From a virus, in the IMG/VR virus record IMGVR_UViG_3300045004_000088, positions 128,001-192,000 of that record: a DNA stretch of 64,000 nucleotides; one strand, given 5' to 3'. This document shows positions 1-9,291 of this stretch, in pieces. Made by a program: the position numbers and the translations under genes. How positions within the stretch are numbered: position 1 is the stretch's first letter; each line of letters starts with the position of its first letter. A model generated the notes under the pieces. It had not been told where the DNA came from, searched no databases, and was given only the letters and a program-made list of their open reading frames with translations.

Positions 1-882
1 TTTCTTACTGGCGCAACGGGTTTCATCGGAAGTCACACAGCAAAGAAATTGGTGGATGCTGGTCATGTGGTGACTGGCACCGGGGTTTCCACCGAAAGAC
101 CCTCGCATTGTACCAGACTACTCACGCCGAGTTTGGTCGGAATCAACTGGCCCGCCATCGGCAACATCGACGCCGTAATTCACTTGGCCGCGAACAACGA
201 CACGCTCTGCGATGACGAAGAAGAAATCATGCTGGCGAACTTCTACTCGTCCACGATGCTGTTCAAGCACTGCGTGAGCATGGGTTGCCGGAAGTTCGTT
301 TTCGCAAGCTCGGCGGCTGTTTACGGCAACGCCCCACCCCCACAAACCGAAGACGAAGAGTGCGTACCTCTTAACCCATACGGCAGATCCAAGCTGCGGT
401 TCGAGAAGTTCGCCAAGTCTTTTGCCGAAGACAACGGCGTCTCCGTCGTCGGCTTGCGTTACTTTAACGTATACGGACCCGGAGAGCAACACAAAGGACG
501 CCGGGCCAGCATGGTTTATCAGATCGTTCGCGCCGTACAAGAGGGCCGTCCGGTCAAGCTGTTCAAGCACGGCGAGCAGGCACGCGACTGGATTCACGTT
601 TCAGACGTTGTGGACCGGACGATAGGTGCCGTGGATCTTGATGGGTTTCACATCGTGAACGTCGGAACCGGAACGCCGCGTTCGTTCAACGACATCGTCG
701 CGGCGGCGGGTGGCAAGGTTGACGAGTACATTGACTGCCCGTTTTCAGGGGCATATCAGTCGCAAACGTGTGCGTCTACGAAAAAAGCCGAGGGCTTGTT
801 TGGCCCTCGGCAATTTGTTACTCTCGAACAGGGTGTTCGGACGATCACAGAAGACTGTTGTGGAGACGCGCGAGCTTCTTGA
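1..882 (+). CDS. NAD-dependent epimerase/dehydratase (SDR family, HldD/GalE-like), 5'-partial
   Basis: Frame open from nt 1. N-term TGATGFIGS Rossmann GxxGxxG; catalytic YGRSK motif; 277-aa ORF 49..882 in the same frame. Confidence 0.7.
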   Translation, partial: FLTGATGFIGSHTAKKLVDAGHVVTGTGVSTERPSHCTRLLTPSLVGINWPAIGNIDAVIHLAANNDTLCDDEEEIMLANFYSSTMLFKHCVSMGCRKFVFASSAAVYGNAPPPQTEDEECVPLNPYGRSKLRFEKFAKSFAEDNGVSVVGLRYFNVYGPGEQHKGRRASMVYQIVRAVQEGRPVKLFKHGEQARDWIHVSDVVDRTIGAVDLDGFHIVNVGTGTPRSFNDIVAAAGGKVDEYIDCPFSGAYQSQTCASTKKAEGLFGPRQFVTLEQGVRTITEDCCGDARAS

Positions 883-1687
883 TGAGCTTCTCTTGCAGCT
901 TCGGGCCGGCGTTGCCGCAAGCCTCTTCGATCACCTTGAACGCTTCGCCGAGCGAGACGTTGCTGTTAAAGCCGACATCCAGCCGCTGATTCGGGGCGAA
1001 GCCCGGTTCACCCGGCTTCGGTTCTTCGGTCGCGGGGGCGGGGATCAAAGCGTCTTCTTGGTATTCGCTCCAACCGTCCTTGTATTTGGCTTCCTTCTTG
1101 GGACCGAGCATCTCGCGGACTGAGTTCATCCACGATTCCTCATCCGCCATTTCCCAACGAGAGGATTCCTTTTGCATCTTCTTCTCGCTCTTTTTGCCGG
1201 ATTTCTTGGCAGACTTCTTTGCCGATTTCTTGCCGGACTTCTTCTTGGAGAACATGGGGGCTTCGGCTTCTTCGCCGCCCTTTTCCTTCTCCTCCCAGTC
1301 GCCGTCGCCTTCTTCTTCGCCGCCCTCGTCGCCGCCCTTCTCCTTCTCTTCGCCATCGCCCTCGTCGCCCTCATCATCGTGGTCGTCGTGGTCCTCCCCG
1401 TCGTCGTCATCGAAATCGCCGCCCATGTCACTGTGCATGTTCTTGGCAGACTTCTTCGCGAATTTCTTGGATGACTTCGCGCCGCAGCCGCAGCCCTCAC
1501 CGGCTTCGATCTCTTCGCCGTCTACTTCAACGTCGTGATCGTCGTCCTTCTTCTTGCCCTCGGCGACATCGGACACGGAACCGAATTGGCCCATGTTGAG
1601 GCCGAGGTTCTGTGGTTGGCTAAGACCCAAATTGAAACCTGGGCCGAAAGACTCATTGAGTTCTTTCCACTTTTTGTACGAGTTCAT
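845..1687 (-). CDS. acidic low-complexity protein (KKSAKKS repeats, D/E/G-rich core, GCGCG motif)
   Basis: 280-aa ORF; AAGGAG RBS 6 nt upstream of the ATG at 1687; overlaps the convergent epimerase 3' end. Confidence 0.55.
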   Translation of the reverse strand: MNSYKKWKELNESFGPGFNLGLSQPQNLGLNMGQFGSVSDVAEGKKKDDDHDVEVDGEEIEAGEGCGCGAKSSKKFAKKSAKNMHSDMGGDFDDDDGEDHDDHDDEGDEGDGEEKEKGGDEGGEEEGDGDWEEKEKGGEEAEAPMFSKKKSGKKSAKKSAKKSGKKSEKKMQKESSRWEMADEESWMNSVREMLGPKKEAKYKDGWSEYQEDALIPAPATEEPKPGEPGFAPNQRLDVGFNSNVSLGEAFKVIEEACGNAGPKLQEKLIKKLARLHNSLL

Positions 1688-1700
1688 AATGCTCCTTGAG

Positions 1701-1955
1701 TTATCGTCCCAGTTTGTTTCTGAGAATATCCCGTCTCTTCTTCTCTGCGGCCCTTCGTTCCGCAGTCATACCGGCTTGGCTACGAGCGGGGGTAGCGGCC
1801 GGTGCCATCCCTACGGCCGGTGCCACAGGAGCAGCCGCCATAGAAGACACACGTCTGGGGGCAATACTCTGCCCGGTGAGCGCAGCGACCCTCGTGGCCG
1901 ACTGGAACCTCTGTGGAGATCGGGGATTCTTTTTCTTTCCGCAAGCGCAGGCCAT
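1701..1955 (-). CDS. small hypothetical protein (N-term MACACGKKK)
   Basis: Internal Met 14 of ORF 1701..1994, preceded by a strong GAGGAG RBS; sits 8 nt after the stop of the upstream minus gene. Confidence 0.45.
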   Translation of the reverse strand: MACACGKKKNPRSPQRFQSATRVAALTGQSIAPRRVSSMAAAPVAPAVGMAPAATPARSQAGMTAERRAAEKKRRDILRNKLGR

Positions 1956-1965
1956 AGCTCCTCGA

Positions 1966-2154
1966 TTAAACGCCGATTTTTCGTCTGGCCCCAACTGGTC
2001 TGCTCTTGACGATCTTCTTCTGGTGTGTGCCGTCAGAAAACTTCTGGAGAACGTGCAGTTCGTTGCCTTTGACCGAAATCTCTTCCGAAATCATCGTTTT
2101 TTGAACCGTAGGGGTGCTGGCAGCGGCCTGATCGCGTTTACATCCGCATCCCAT
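1966..2154 (-). CDS. small hypothetical protein (N-term MGCGCKRD)
   Basis: Met 75 of ORF 1966..2376, preceded by GGAGGG RBS; GTATATAC motif about 25 nt upstream. Confidence 0.4.
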   Translation of the reverse strand: MGCGCKRDQAAASTPTVQKTMISEEISVKGNELHVLQKFSDGTHQKKIVKSRPVGARRKIGV

Positions 2155-2177
2155 GTGTCCCTCCAAATGGTTCAGGG

Positions 2178-2185
2178 GTATATAC
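2178..2185. promoter_or_regulatory. palindromic GTATATAC motif (candidate phage promoter element)
   Basis: Exact palindrome between the divergent minus operon (start 2154) and the plus gene at 2248; recurs elsewhere in the window. Confidence 0.3.
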
Positions 2186-2247
2186 GTTCCCGGCTCATTA
2201 TCTATCAAGGCCGCTTGAGTTTTGGCCCGACTTACTATGGGTAAGTC

Positions 2248-3744
2248 ATGGACCAAATCGAACAAGCAAAAGAAATGATCAAGGCCGGAATCAAGCAGGC
2301 CACTCGCCTCTTTCACGAGGGCAACCTGCCCGGCTGCCTGATGCTGATCGGTCATATCCTCCAAATGGACCCTCACAACGACGACGCCCTACAAATCGCC
2401 GGGCTACTCAAACTGCGGGTCGAAGAAAAAGAAGAGGCGACCCGTCTGCTGACGCTGGCACGTCAGATCAATCCGGCCAACCCGGATCATCACAACAATC
2501 TCGCCGTGGCGTACTCCCGCGCCGGCAAATACGACGAATCGATTGCGTGCGTGCGTGACGCAATCGCTATCGCTCCGGGCAGACCCGTCTTCTGGACCAA
2601 TCTGGGAGTACAACTCAAAGGCAAAGCGGCCGGTAAAACCGGGGCGGAACGCGAATCCTTGCTTAACGAGTCTGAAGCCGCCTTCAACAAGGCGATGGAA
2701 CTCGATCCGAATGCCGCGACCGCGTTCGCAAACCTCGGCAGTCTCTCGGCCGAGCGACACCAAATGGGACGAGCCGCCGAGTTGATGGAAAAAGCTCTGG
2801 AGATCGATCCCAAACTTTCTGGCGTACACGTCGATCTGAGCTACGTCTACTTCCTGACCGGACAGTTCAAAAAGGGATGGCCTCACTACGAACACAGAAT
2901 GACACACTACCCGCAAGCCTCGCGGTGGGAGAAGGTGTTCCCAAGCAGCAAAAGATGGGACGGCCGCACCTCATTAGAAGGTAAAACCGTGGGCATCTTC
3001 TGCGAACAAGGGTGTGGTGACGCAATCCACTTTGCCAGATACATCCCGCTGATCAAGAAAATGGCGGGCGAAGTGTGGTTGTGTTGTCACGATCCTCTGA
3101 AGGGATTGATGTCGCAGTTCTGCGAAACGATCCCGATGTCTCAAAAGCCCCCCTATTACGACGTGTCGATCCCGATCATGTCGTTGCCTTACCTGTTAGG
3201 CGACCCGGAAACGCCCAACGTCTACATCGACACAAAGCCGGCAGACTTGTCCGTCTACGGCGGATTCAAGGTGGGGATCTGTTGGGCGGGGAACCCACAA
3301 CACCCCGGCGACCGATTCCGTTCGGTCCACCTGCGCGAGTTTTCGCCGTTGGCATTTGAAGGGGTGAAACTGTTCTCGCTTCAAAAAGACTACCGGCCCA
3401 GGAAGTACCACGATTCTGAGGATGTCATTGATTTGTGCAGTGACGGCCCGGCCGTGGTGGACCTCTCTCCGATGTTGAACAACTTCGATGACACCGCATC
3501 GTTCGTGGCGGGAATGGATCTGGTAATTTCGGTGGACACGGCGGTGATGCACTTGTCGGCGGCTATGGGTAAAGAGACGTGGGGTCTGATTCCGTACAAC
3601 CCCGATTGGCGATGGGGGTTGTACGGAAGCGATACGCCGCTTTACTCGAACTTGAAGTTGTTCCGCCAGACACAGAAGAACGATTGGCGGTCGGTGATGG
3701 GGGCGGTGGGAGCCAAGCTGCGAGAAAAGTTAAGCCCGCGATGA
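2248..3744 (+). CDS. TPR-repeat protein fused to a GT9-like (heptosyltransferase-family) glycosyltransferase domain
   Basis: 498-aa ORF. N-term TPR-like helices; C-term FCEQGCGDAIHFARYIPLI and GICWAGNPQHP motifs typical of TPR-GT9 proteins. Confidence 0.7.
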   Translation: MDQIEQAKEMIKAGIKQATRLFHEGNLPGCLMLIGHILQMDPHNDDALQIAGLLKLRVEEKEEATRLLTLARQINPANPDHHNNLAVAYSRAGKYDESIACVRDAIAIAPGRPVFWTNLGVQLKGKAAGKTGAERESLLNESEAAFNKAMELDPNAATAFANLGSLSAERHQMGRAAELMEKALEIDPKLSGVHVDLSYVYFLTGQFKKGWPHYEHRMTHYPQASRWEKVFPSSKRWDGRTSLEGKTVGIFCEQGCGDAIHFARYIPLIKKMAGEVWLCCHDPLKGLMSQFCETIPMSQKPPYYDVSIPIMSLPYLLGDPETPNVYIDTKPADLSVYGGFKVGICWAGNPQHPGDRFRSVHLREFSPLAFEGVKLFSLQKDYRPRKYHDSEDVIDLCSDGPAVVDLSPMLNNFDDTASFVAGMDLVISVDTAVMHLSAAMGKETWGLIPYNPDWRWGLYGSDTPLYSNLKLFRQTQKNDWRSVMGAVGAKLREKLSPR

Positions 3745-3754
3745 TCGCGGGCTT
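3732..3754. terminator. palindromic hairpin spanning the stop codon (possible bidirectional terminator)
   Basis: AAGCCCGCGA / TCGCGGGCTT inverted repeat between convergent genes; no clear U-tract. Confidence 0.35.
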
Positions 3755-3759
3755 GGGGG

Positions 3760-4053
3760 TCAGTTCGAGGTCGCGGGAGCAGTGGTCTTCGGCGTGGCCT
3801 TCTTCTTGGCCGCAACCCGGCGTTGTGCGGCCGAGTCGTCGTAGTTGACTTCCAGCCCGTATGCGTCGGCGACCCGCCGCGCCACCGACTTGAGGGCCGA
3901 CAGCGTCTCGAACTTGGTGACGCCTTCCTTGTTGGCGAGCTTCGACTTGGTGGTGTACGGGGCGGTCAAACTGCCCTCGAAGCTCAGGGTTCCGGTCGTC
4001 TTGTCCTCGGAGGCAGTCACCTTGACCTCCAGAGTTGCCTTCTTCTTGCTCAT
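3760..4053 (-). CDS. lysine-rich small protein, possibly DNA-binding
   Basis: Met 12 of ORF 3760..4086 with AGGAAA RBS; Lys-rich termini. Confidence 0.5.
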   Translation of the reverse strand: MSKKKATLEVKVTASEDKTTGTLSFEGSLTAPYTTKSKLANKEGVTKFETLSALKSVARRVADAYGLEVNYDDSAAQRRVAAKKKATPKTTAPATSN

Positions 4054-4090
4054 CTTCGTTTCCTTTCGTGTGCGTGGTACTGCCACTGGG

Positions 4091-4753
4091 TTATCGCGGT
4101 CGAATCGTCATGTTGCTTCGGACAAAGTCTCTATGCTTCTCCCAGTTCTGGCCTTTGGGGTCGGGAACCCCGCAGTCCCTCAACGTCGGTATGACGAACC
4201 GTCTCGTCTTACTGGGTTTGAAGTTTTCAATCGCCGAGCAATACTTTGACTCGAACTTTGAACATTGTATGTCACCGAACAACGTCGTCAAAGACAAAAC
4301 CTTCACAATTGACGAAACTGTTTCCATGACTTCGCTCGACTTCAACCAGTGTCGGTGACCGCCGACGCGGGCGTAATCGATGTACCACATCATGGTGTCG
4401 GGGTCATACGAGAAAAGCGGGTTGGCGTTGCCGACCTCAAAGTGGAGTTCGATCAGATCTTCGATCTCGGAGAAATGCACCTGTTGTTGGGGTAGATACA
4501 ACTCGTAGTAGAGGTAGGCGAACACGGCTCGAAAACTGATTCCGAGGACCGACTTGCGTTTGTAAAACTTGGTCCGCAGGCAGTACGAGCAGAAGAAGTT
4601 GTTGTCCCCGGAAAGGCGTTCGAGGATCTCGGACCCTTTGGACGCAACGAGTTTGCCGCAGAAGTCACAGAGGCGGCACGATTCCTTTGGGAAGTTTGTG
4701 GAAACGGCCGGATGAATGTCGGCTTCGGTACGAAAAACGGGCATAGCAGGCAT
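4091..4753 (-). CDS. hypothetical Cys-rich protein
   Basis: Met 20 of ORF 4091..4810 preceded by GGGAG RBS; CRLCDFC...CSYC cysteine pairs. Confidence 0.55.
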   Translation of the reverse strand: MPAMPVFRTEADIHPAVSTNFPKESCRLCDFCGKLVASKGSEILERLSGDNNFFCSYCLRTKFYKRKSVLGISFRAVFAYLYYELYLPQQQVHFSEIEDLIELHFEVGNANPLFSYDPDTMMWYIDYARVGGHRHWLKSSEVMETVSSIVKVLSLTTLFGDIQCSKFESKYCSAIENFKPSKTRRFVIPTLRDCGVPDPKGQNWEKHRDFVRSNMTIRPR

Positions 4754-4791
4754 ATCTACTCCCAGGCTCCCGATTAACAGAATGAGGACCA

Positions 4792-5007
4792 ATGAAGACC
4801 ATGAAGACATTTTTGCAGTGGGCCGAGTCGAACAAGCTCGAACTGCCGCCGGTCAGCGAGAACGCAACGAAGCGTGGCGGTATCGCGACTTGGGCGTACC
4901 CGGACGCATACGTCCGCTCGCAGTATCCGAGCTTGTCCTTCGCGCCGACCGCCGCCGACCACGCCTTCAAGTTGAAGGGGTCGAAGAAGAACGAATCCAA
5001 GTCCTAA
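4792..5007 (+). CDS. small hypothetical protein, paralog A of a tandem pair (alt start 4801)
   Basis: 71-aa ORF; GAGGA upstream; clear similarity to the next gene (MKTFLxWA..KLELPP..TKRxGIAxWAYPD). Confidence 0.5.
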   Translation: MKTMKTFLQWAESNKLELPPVSENATKRGGIATWAYPDAYVRSQYPSLSFAPTAADHAFKLKGSKKNESKS

Positions 5008-5023
5008 CCAACAAGGACATCGA

Positions 5024-5320
5024 GTGAAAACATTCCTTGACTGGGCCGGCGAACACAAACTGGAACTGCCGCCTCTAGCCGAAGGTGCGACCAAGCGAGC
5101 GGGTATCGCTGCTTGGGCGTACCCGGACGGTTACATCCGCTCGCACTACCCGGACCTGTGGTTCACTCCGTCCGCTGCTGATGCGATCCAGAAGATGCAG
5201 CCCGGCCCGCCGTTCACACCGAAGAAACACAAGGTCAGTCACGAGACACCACCGGACTCCGCAATCGGGCCGGACGGCAAAGTTCGCGGCGAGAGGGAAG
5301 TCGATTACGAGGACTCTTGA
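5024..5320 (+). CDS. small hypothetical protein, paralog B of a tandem pair
   Basis: GTG start with AAGGA RBS 6 nt upstream; paralogous to 4792..5007. Confidence 0.55.
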   Translation: MKTFLDWAGEHKLELPPLAEGATKRAGIAAWAYPDGYIRSHYPDLWFTPSAADAIQKMQPGPPFTPKKHKVSHETPPDSAIGPDGKVRGEREVDYEDS

Positions 5321-5358
5321 AACAAGAAACCCGGCTTGCAAGCCGGGTTTCTTGTTTT
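5320..5358. terminator. perfect hairpin, bidirectional terminator
   Basis: AAACAAGAAACCCGGCTTGCAAGCCGGGTTTCTTGTTT between convergent genes ending 5320 (+) and 5357 (-). Confidence 0.6.
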
Positions 5359-5692
5359 ACAGGCAGATGCCGGCTTTCTTGAGTCGTTCCTCGTGATCGA
5401 GGTCGATGATGCTTTTCACTTCCTTCGGGATCAGGGACGGCTCCTTCTCGTAGACCCGTTCCCAGTAGCCCCACTGGTCTTCGCTGGCCGGGTTCTGGAT
5501 CACCATGCCGAGCTTCCAGTATTTGTAGAGGATCTGCTCGACCCGCTCTTTGGTCAGTCCGGCCTCTTTGGAGAGTGCGGAGACGCTCCTCCAAGCCCAC
5601 TTCTGGTGCCGCGAGAGGACCATGAAGAGAGCTTGTTCTTCATCGCCCTCTTTGGTGCCGTGCGGGTACACTTCCGACCACTGCTTTGGCAT
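5357..5692 (-). CDS. hypothetical protein
   Basis: 111-aa ORF; AAGGTGA RBS upstream of the ATG. Confidence 0.55.
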   Translation of the reverse strand: MPKQWSEVYPHGTKEGDEEQALFMVLSRHQKWAWRSVSALSKEAGLTKERVEQILYKYWKLGMVIQNPASEDQWGYWERVYEKEPSLIPKEVKSIIDLDHEERLKKAGICL

Positions 5693-5839
5693 AACTCACC
5701 TTTTGTAAGACGTTTTTGCGTGCAGGATAATAAATACCCAGGCAACGACCGCAGGAACGACGCCCGCGAGACTCTGTTGATATAGTAGCACGCCAGAGCC
5801 AACAAATGCTCTGCTTCTTCAAACAGGAACGGTGAATGA

Positions 5840-6523
5840 ATGGGAAACAAGTACAACAGGTACGAGAGAAAGCAACTCCAACAAGAAAAACTAGCTGCAT
5901 CTCTGGCCGGAACCGGACTCTACGTCTACCGGAATCCGAGCAGGACGGGAACCCTTACCCTGCCGAAGCCCAACGCCAACGGTGAACGAATCGTAGGTCC
6001 GGGCAAGGAATTTCAAGGCGACAGTTATTTCATGTCGCTCGTACAGACGGGGGATCTGATCAAGGTCCGTACCCTCAAGTCGCCGGCCCAAGAACAAGCA
6101 GAAAGAGCGGAGCAGCAAGCCAAGCTCGCACTGGCAGCGGCACCCGCACCGGCACCTGTCCCGGTGAAGATCGAAAAGAACGGCAACGTCTTTTCGGTCG
6201 ATCTGGACAACTTGTCACGCGAAGAATCCGAAGCACTGATCGCCAAGATCAAAGCAAAGTTCCACAGCCAGCACTCCGACGATGTGCTGACCGAAGCGGT
6301 GGACGCAAACCCCAAAGCCCGCCAAACCAAAAAGGCCGAGAGCATGAAACCGAACCAAAAGAAGTTGGTCCTCGACCAACCCGACCGCATCACGACCGAA
6401 GGCAAAGTGGAAAGCGTCGTCCGCGACGACGTTCCGGTGAAGCCGCTTCACGACCACGACGCCAAGAATCAGAAGGACGTTCTGCTCAACGAAGTCCCGG
6501 ACGGCGAAATCATCATCGACTGA
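5840..6523 (+). CDS. hypothetical protein (Ala/Pro-rich linker)
   Basis: 227-aa ORF with AGGAACGG RBS. Confidence 0.55.
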   Translation: MGNKYNRYERKQLQQEKLAASLAGTGLYVYRNPSRTGTLTLPKPNANGERIVGPGKEFQGDSYFMSLVQTGDLIKVRTLKSPAQEQAERAEQQAKLALAAAPAPAPVPVKIEKNGNVFSVDLDNLSREESEALIAKIKAKFHSQHSDDVLTEAVDANPKARQTKKAESMKPNQKKLVLDQPDRITTEGKVESVVRDDVPVKPLHDHDAKNQKDVLLNEVPDGEIIID

Positions 6524-6641
6524 CCGAAGAAGTGCTTTACAACCCGATTCCCGCGACCTATAGTGGGAATCGGGAAATCCTGCAATCGAATTCAAGGGGG
6601 CCAATCGGCCCCGTCGTAGCTTTCCCAACCGGGGATCAGCC

Positions 6642-6875
6642 GTGAACTCTCCAGTCGCCACACTTTCAAGTGAAGAGATCGCAGCCTCAGTGAAGTCATT
6701 CGCCGAGGCAGTGGGGTACGTCGAAACCGACCTCCACGACTTGTTCCAGAGGGTCAATAACGTCCCGGTGGAACAACTGAATCCCGAACAAAAGGCCAAG
6801 TTCGACAAGGCGCGGCAGAAGTACCTGCGGTGTCTTCAAGAGTTCGGATTACAAGAAATTCCGTCCGACCAGTAA
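6642..6875 (+). CDS. small hypothetical protein
   Basis: 77-aa ORF; possible GTG alternative start at 6639. Confidence 0.45.
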   Translation: MNSPVATLSSEEIAASVKSFAEAVGYVETDLHDLFQRVNNVPVEQLNPEQKAKFDKARQKYLRCLQEFGLQEIPSDQ

Positions 6876-6893
6876 ACCAGACGAGGACTCAAG

Positions 6894-8108
6894 ATGAGTA
6901 GCCTGATCGTTCAAGTGTGCCGAGTCGATAAAGTCGAAGAACATCCCAACGCAGAAAAACTTGCCCTTGCAACAATCAAGGGCTGGAAAACCTGTATTCG
7001 TAAAGACGAAACCGGCACCCAGTTCAAAGAAGGCGATCTCTGCGTCTTCTTCCCGCCCGACGCCGTTCTCCCCAAAGAACTGTCGGATCGGCTCGGCGTC
7101 ACCAAGTACCTCAAGATGTTGGGCAAAGGCACGGACGGCAAGACCCCCGAAGGGGGCCGTGTGGCCGTTTCGCGTCTGCGCGGGCATCCGAGCTACGGGT
7201 TGATCTCCAAACTCGACATCCTGCCAGTCAAGATGAATCCCGACTTCTCAATGGCTTGGAAGCCGGGCGATGACGTGGCGTCCACTCTGGGCATTACCAA
7301 GTGGGAGCCGCCGATGACCTGTACGGACGGGGACGCAGAAAAGCCGCACCCGGCGTTCCACCGCTACTTCACACTCGAAAACTACCGCAACTTCCCCGAC
7401 TTGATTCCCAAAGGCAAGCGGGTCGTTTTCACCGAAAAGATCCACGGGAAGAACTGCCGCGTCGGACTGATCAAGGACACTGGCCCGGACGGTGAAATGG
7501 TCTGGACGTGGATGGCCGGTTCCCACGACGTTCGCCGCAAAGAGTTCGTCACCCGCAAGCGGAAGATCCACGACCGCGAAACGGGCGAAACAAAAACCGA
7601 AGAATACCAAGACAAGTCGCAGTTTTGGCAGGCTCTGGACCGGCCGGGCGTGCGCGACATGATCGACACCATCAGCGGCGGAAAGACGAGCGGTGGCTGC
7701 GTCGATAACGTCGTCGTCTTCGGCGAGATCTTCGGCAGCGGCGTTCAGGACATGGCCTACGGGATGGCGAACGGGAACTGGGACTTCCGCGTGTTCGACA
7801 TCACCGTCAACGGCAAGTACATGAGCTTCGCCGAGAAGATGAACTGGTGCCACATCCACGATGTCAAGATGGTGCCGATCCTGTACGAAGGCCCGTTCAG
7901 CGAGGAAGAGGTCGAGAAGTTCGTGGGCGGCAACACTACCGTCTGCTCATCGGAAGAGAACGGCAAGTTCAAGGGCCGCGAAGGGATCGTGATCACCAGC
8001 GAAATCGAAACTCAAGCCGTCACCCCGGAAAAGGTGTTCGACCGGATGGCACTCAAGGCCATCAACTTCGAGTACCTCGAACGCGCCGGCGGCACGGAAC
8101 ATCACTAA
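6894..8108 (+). CDS. RNA ligase (Rnl2-like nucleotidyltransferase) with N-terminal tRNA-binding OB-fold (Myf/Trbp111-like) domain
   Basis: N-term VEEHPNAEKLALATIKGW matches the tRNA-binding domain. KIHGKN matches Rnl2 motif I (KIHGTN); EGIV motif IV; LKAI motif V. Confidence 0.7.
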   Translation: MSSLIVQVCRVDKVEEHPNAEKLALATIKGWKTCIRKDETGTQFKEGDLCVFFPPDAVLPKELSDRLGVTKYLKMLGKGTDGKTPEGGRVAVSRLRGHPSYGLISKLDILPVKMNPDFSMAWKPGDDVASTLGITKWEPPMTCTDGDAEKPHPAFHRYFTLENYRNFPDLIPKGKRVVFTEKIHGKNCRVGLIKDTGPDGEMVWTWMAGSHDVRRKEFVTRKRKIHDRETGETKTEEYQDKSQFWQALDRPGVRDMIDTISGGKTSGGCVDNVVVFGEIFGSGVQDMAYGMANGNWDFRVFDITVNGKYMSFAEKMNWCHIHDVKMVPILYEGPFSEEEVEKFVGGNTTVCSSEENGKFKGREGIVITSEIETQAVTPEKVFDRMALKAINFEYLERAGGTEHH

Positions 8109-8542
8109 TGTCCCTCAACGATTGGATCGAGTTCGACACGCCACCCTACGTCGCCTATTGCCCTCGATGTGGCGATCCGGGTTTGATTCCAAGTCACCGC
8201 GACTACATGAACGGCACTCTCTGCGAGTCCACGGACGAGTGCCGTCGTTGTGGTTACTACTGCGAATTCTCTTACGGAAGCACGAACGAAGGCGACAATT
8301 CGACCGAGGAGAACGCGCGTATGATCGGCATGCACGACGAACACAACGCCGACGACCCCTTCAAGCTCGAACTGAGCATCACCGCGCTCGTTCAGGCCAC
8401 CCGCCGTATGAAATACGGCGAACACCGCTTCCTGTCGGAACTGGTACGTCAGCGGAAGAAAGATCCCCTCTACAAGTCTTCCACCGAGTTCAAAAACCAC
8501 ACCGACATGCTGGAAGAACTACTCGAAGCCGGATTTTTCTGA
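8108..8542 (+). CDS. Cys-rich zinc-ribbon-like hypothetical protein
   Basis: ATG overlaps the upstream stop (TAATG); CPRCG...CRRCGYYC motifs. Confidence 0.5.
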   Translation: MSLNDWIEFDTPPYVAYCPRCGDPGLIPSHRDYMNGTLCESTDECRRCGYYCEFSYGSTNEGDNSTEENARMIGMHDEHNADDPFKLELSITALVQATRRMKYGEHRFLSELVRQRKKDPLYKSSTEFKNHTDMLEELLEAGFF

Positions 8543-8604
8543 CGCAATTTCGGAGACATCGGCGGCGAGTGCTTTTACCCACTGTCTCGATTCCAAAGGA
8601 AAAC

Positions 8605-8931
8605 ATGAAAACCTACACTGTCGTCGTCGTTGACGAAACCAAACTCGGCATGGTGCAAGAAGAGATCGGCAACATGGCCGGCGTGGGCAACATCACCCAC
8701 GGCAACCTGAACATCCTGATCGTGGAGTCCAGCCAGCCGCTGAATCTGGCGGCGGTTCACGGCGTAGAACGCTATGATGAAATCGGCGCGACGGCCGACT
8801 TCGTTGAAGGTCTTCGCGTTCGCGGCGAGGTCGTGCCGGAAAGCGAGTTGAAAGATCACCCCGCAGACGGCGTCACCCACGTCGAAACCCCCGAAGGGGA
8901 AATCAAACGGGTCGCTTTCTCGGCGGTGTAA
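8605..8931 (+). CDS. hypothetical protein
   Basis: Met 162 of ORF 8122..8931 with AAGGAAA RBS. Confidence 0.5.
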   Translation: MKTYTVVVVDETKLGMVQEEIGNMAGVGNITHGNLNILIVESSQPLNLAAVHGVERYDEIGATADFVEGLRVRGEVVPESELKDHPADGVTHVETPEGEIKRVAFSAV

Positions 8932-9291
8932 ATGAAGCACGAAACGACAATCGAATACTGCGACGGCAACTTGAAGCACCTCGCCGTCGATATTGCCAAC
9001 CTGCAATACGACGCACTGCAAGACTTTTTGCTGTCGCTCGCGGAAAAACTTGAGAAAGACGCCGAGGCCGACCGAACCAGAAATCGGCCTATACTGTCCT
9101 CTCGATTGGAAGCGGCGGCGAGAAACATCGAAGACGCAGCCAGGGCGATTGCTCTGGCTTGGAAAATCTGCAAGCCTCATGTGGAGAACCAAGATGGAAA
9201 GCGATGCTCTGGGCGACCGGATGAAGATGTACGAGCGTGCGGGAACTGCGGAACGGTTCATGCCGCTTCTGCCAGTGATGGCACGAATTGA
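8932..9291 (+). CDS. hypothetical protein (uncertain; 3' end overlaps the Thg1-like gene)
   Basis: 119-aa ORF, ATG overlapping the upstream stop (TAAATG); the last ~100 nt overlap the 9194 start. Confidence 0.3.
   Translation: MKHETTIEYCDGNLKHLAVDIANLQYDALQDFLLSLAEKLEKDAEADRTRNRPILSSRLEAAARNIEDAARAIALAWKICKPHVENQDGKRCSGRPDEDVRACGNCGTVHAASASDGTN

Noticed and set aside
1696-2244. 182-aa plus ORF (Ala-rich)
   Set aside because: Overlaps two minus genes with strong RBSs; composition looks like a GC-frame artefact.
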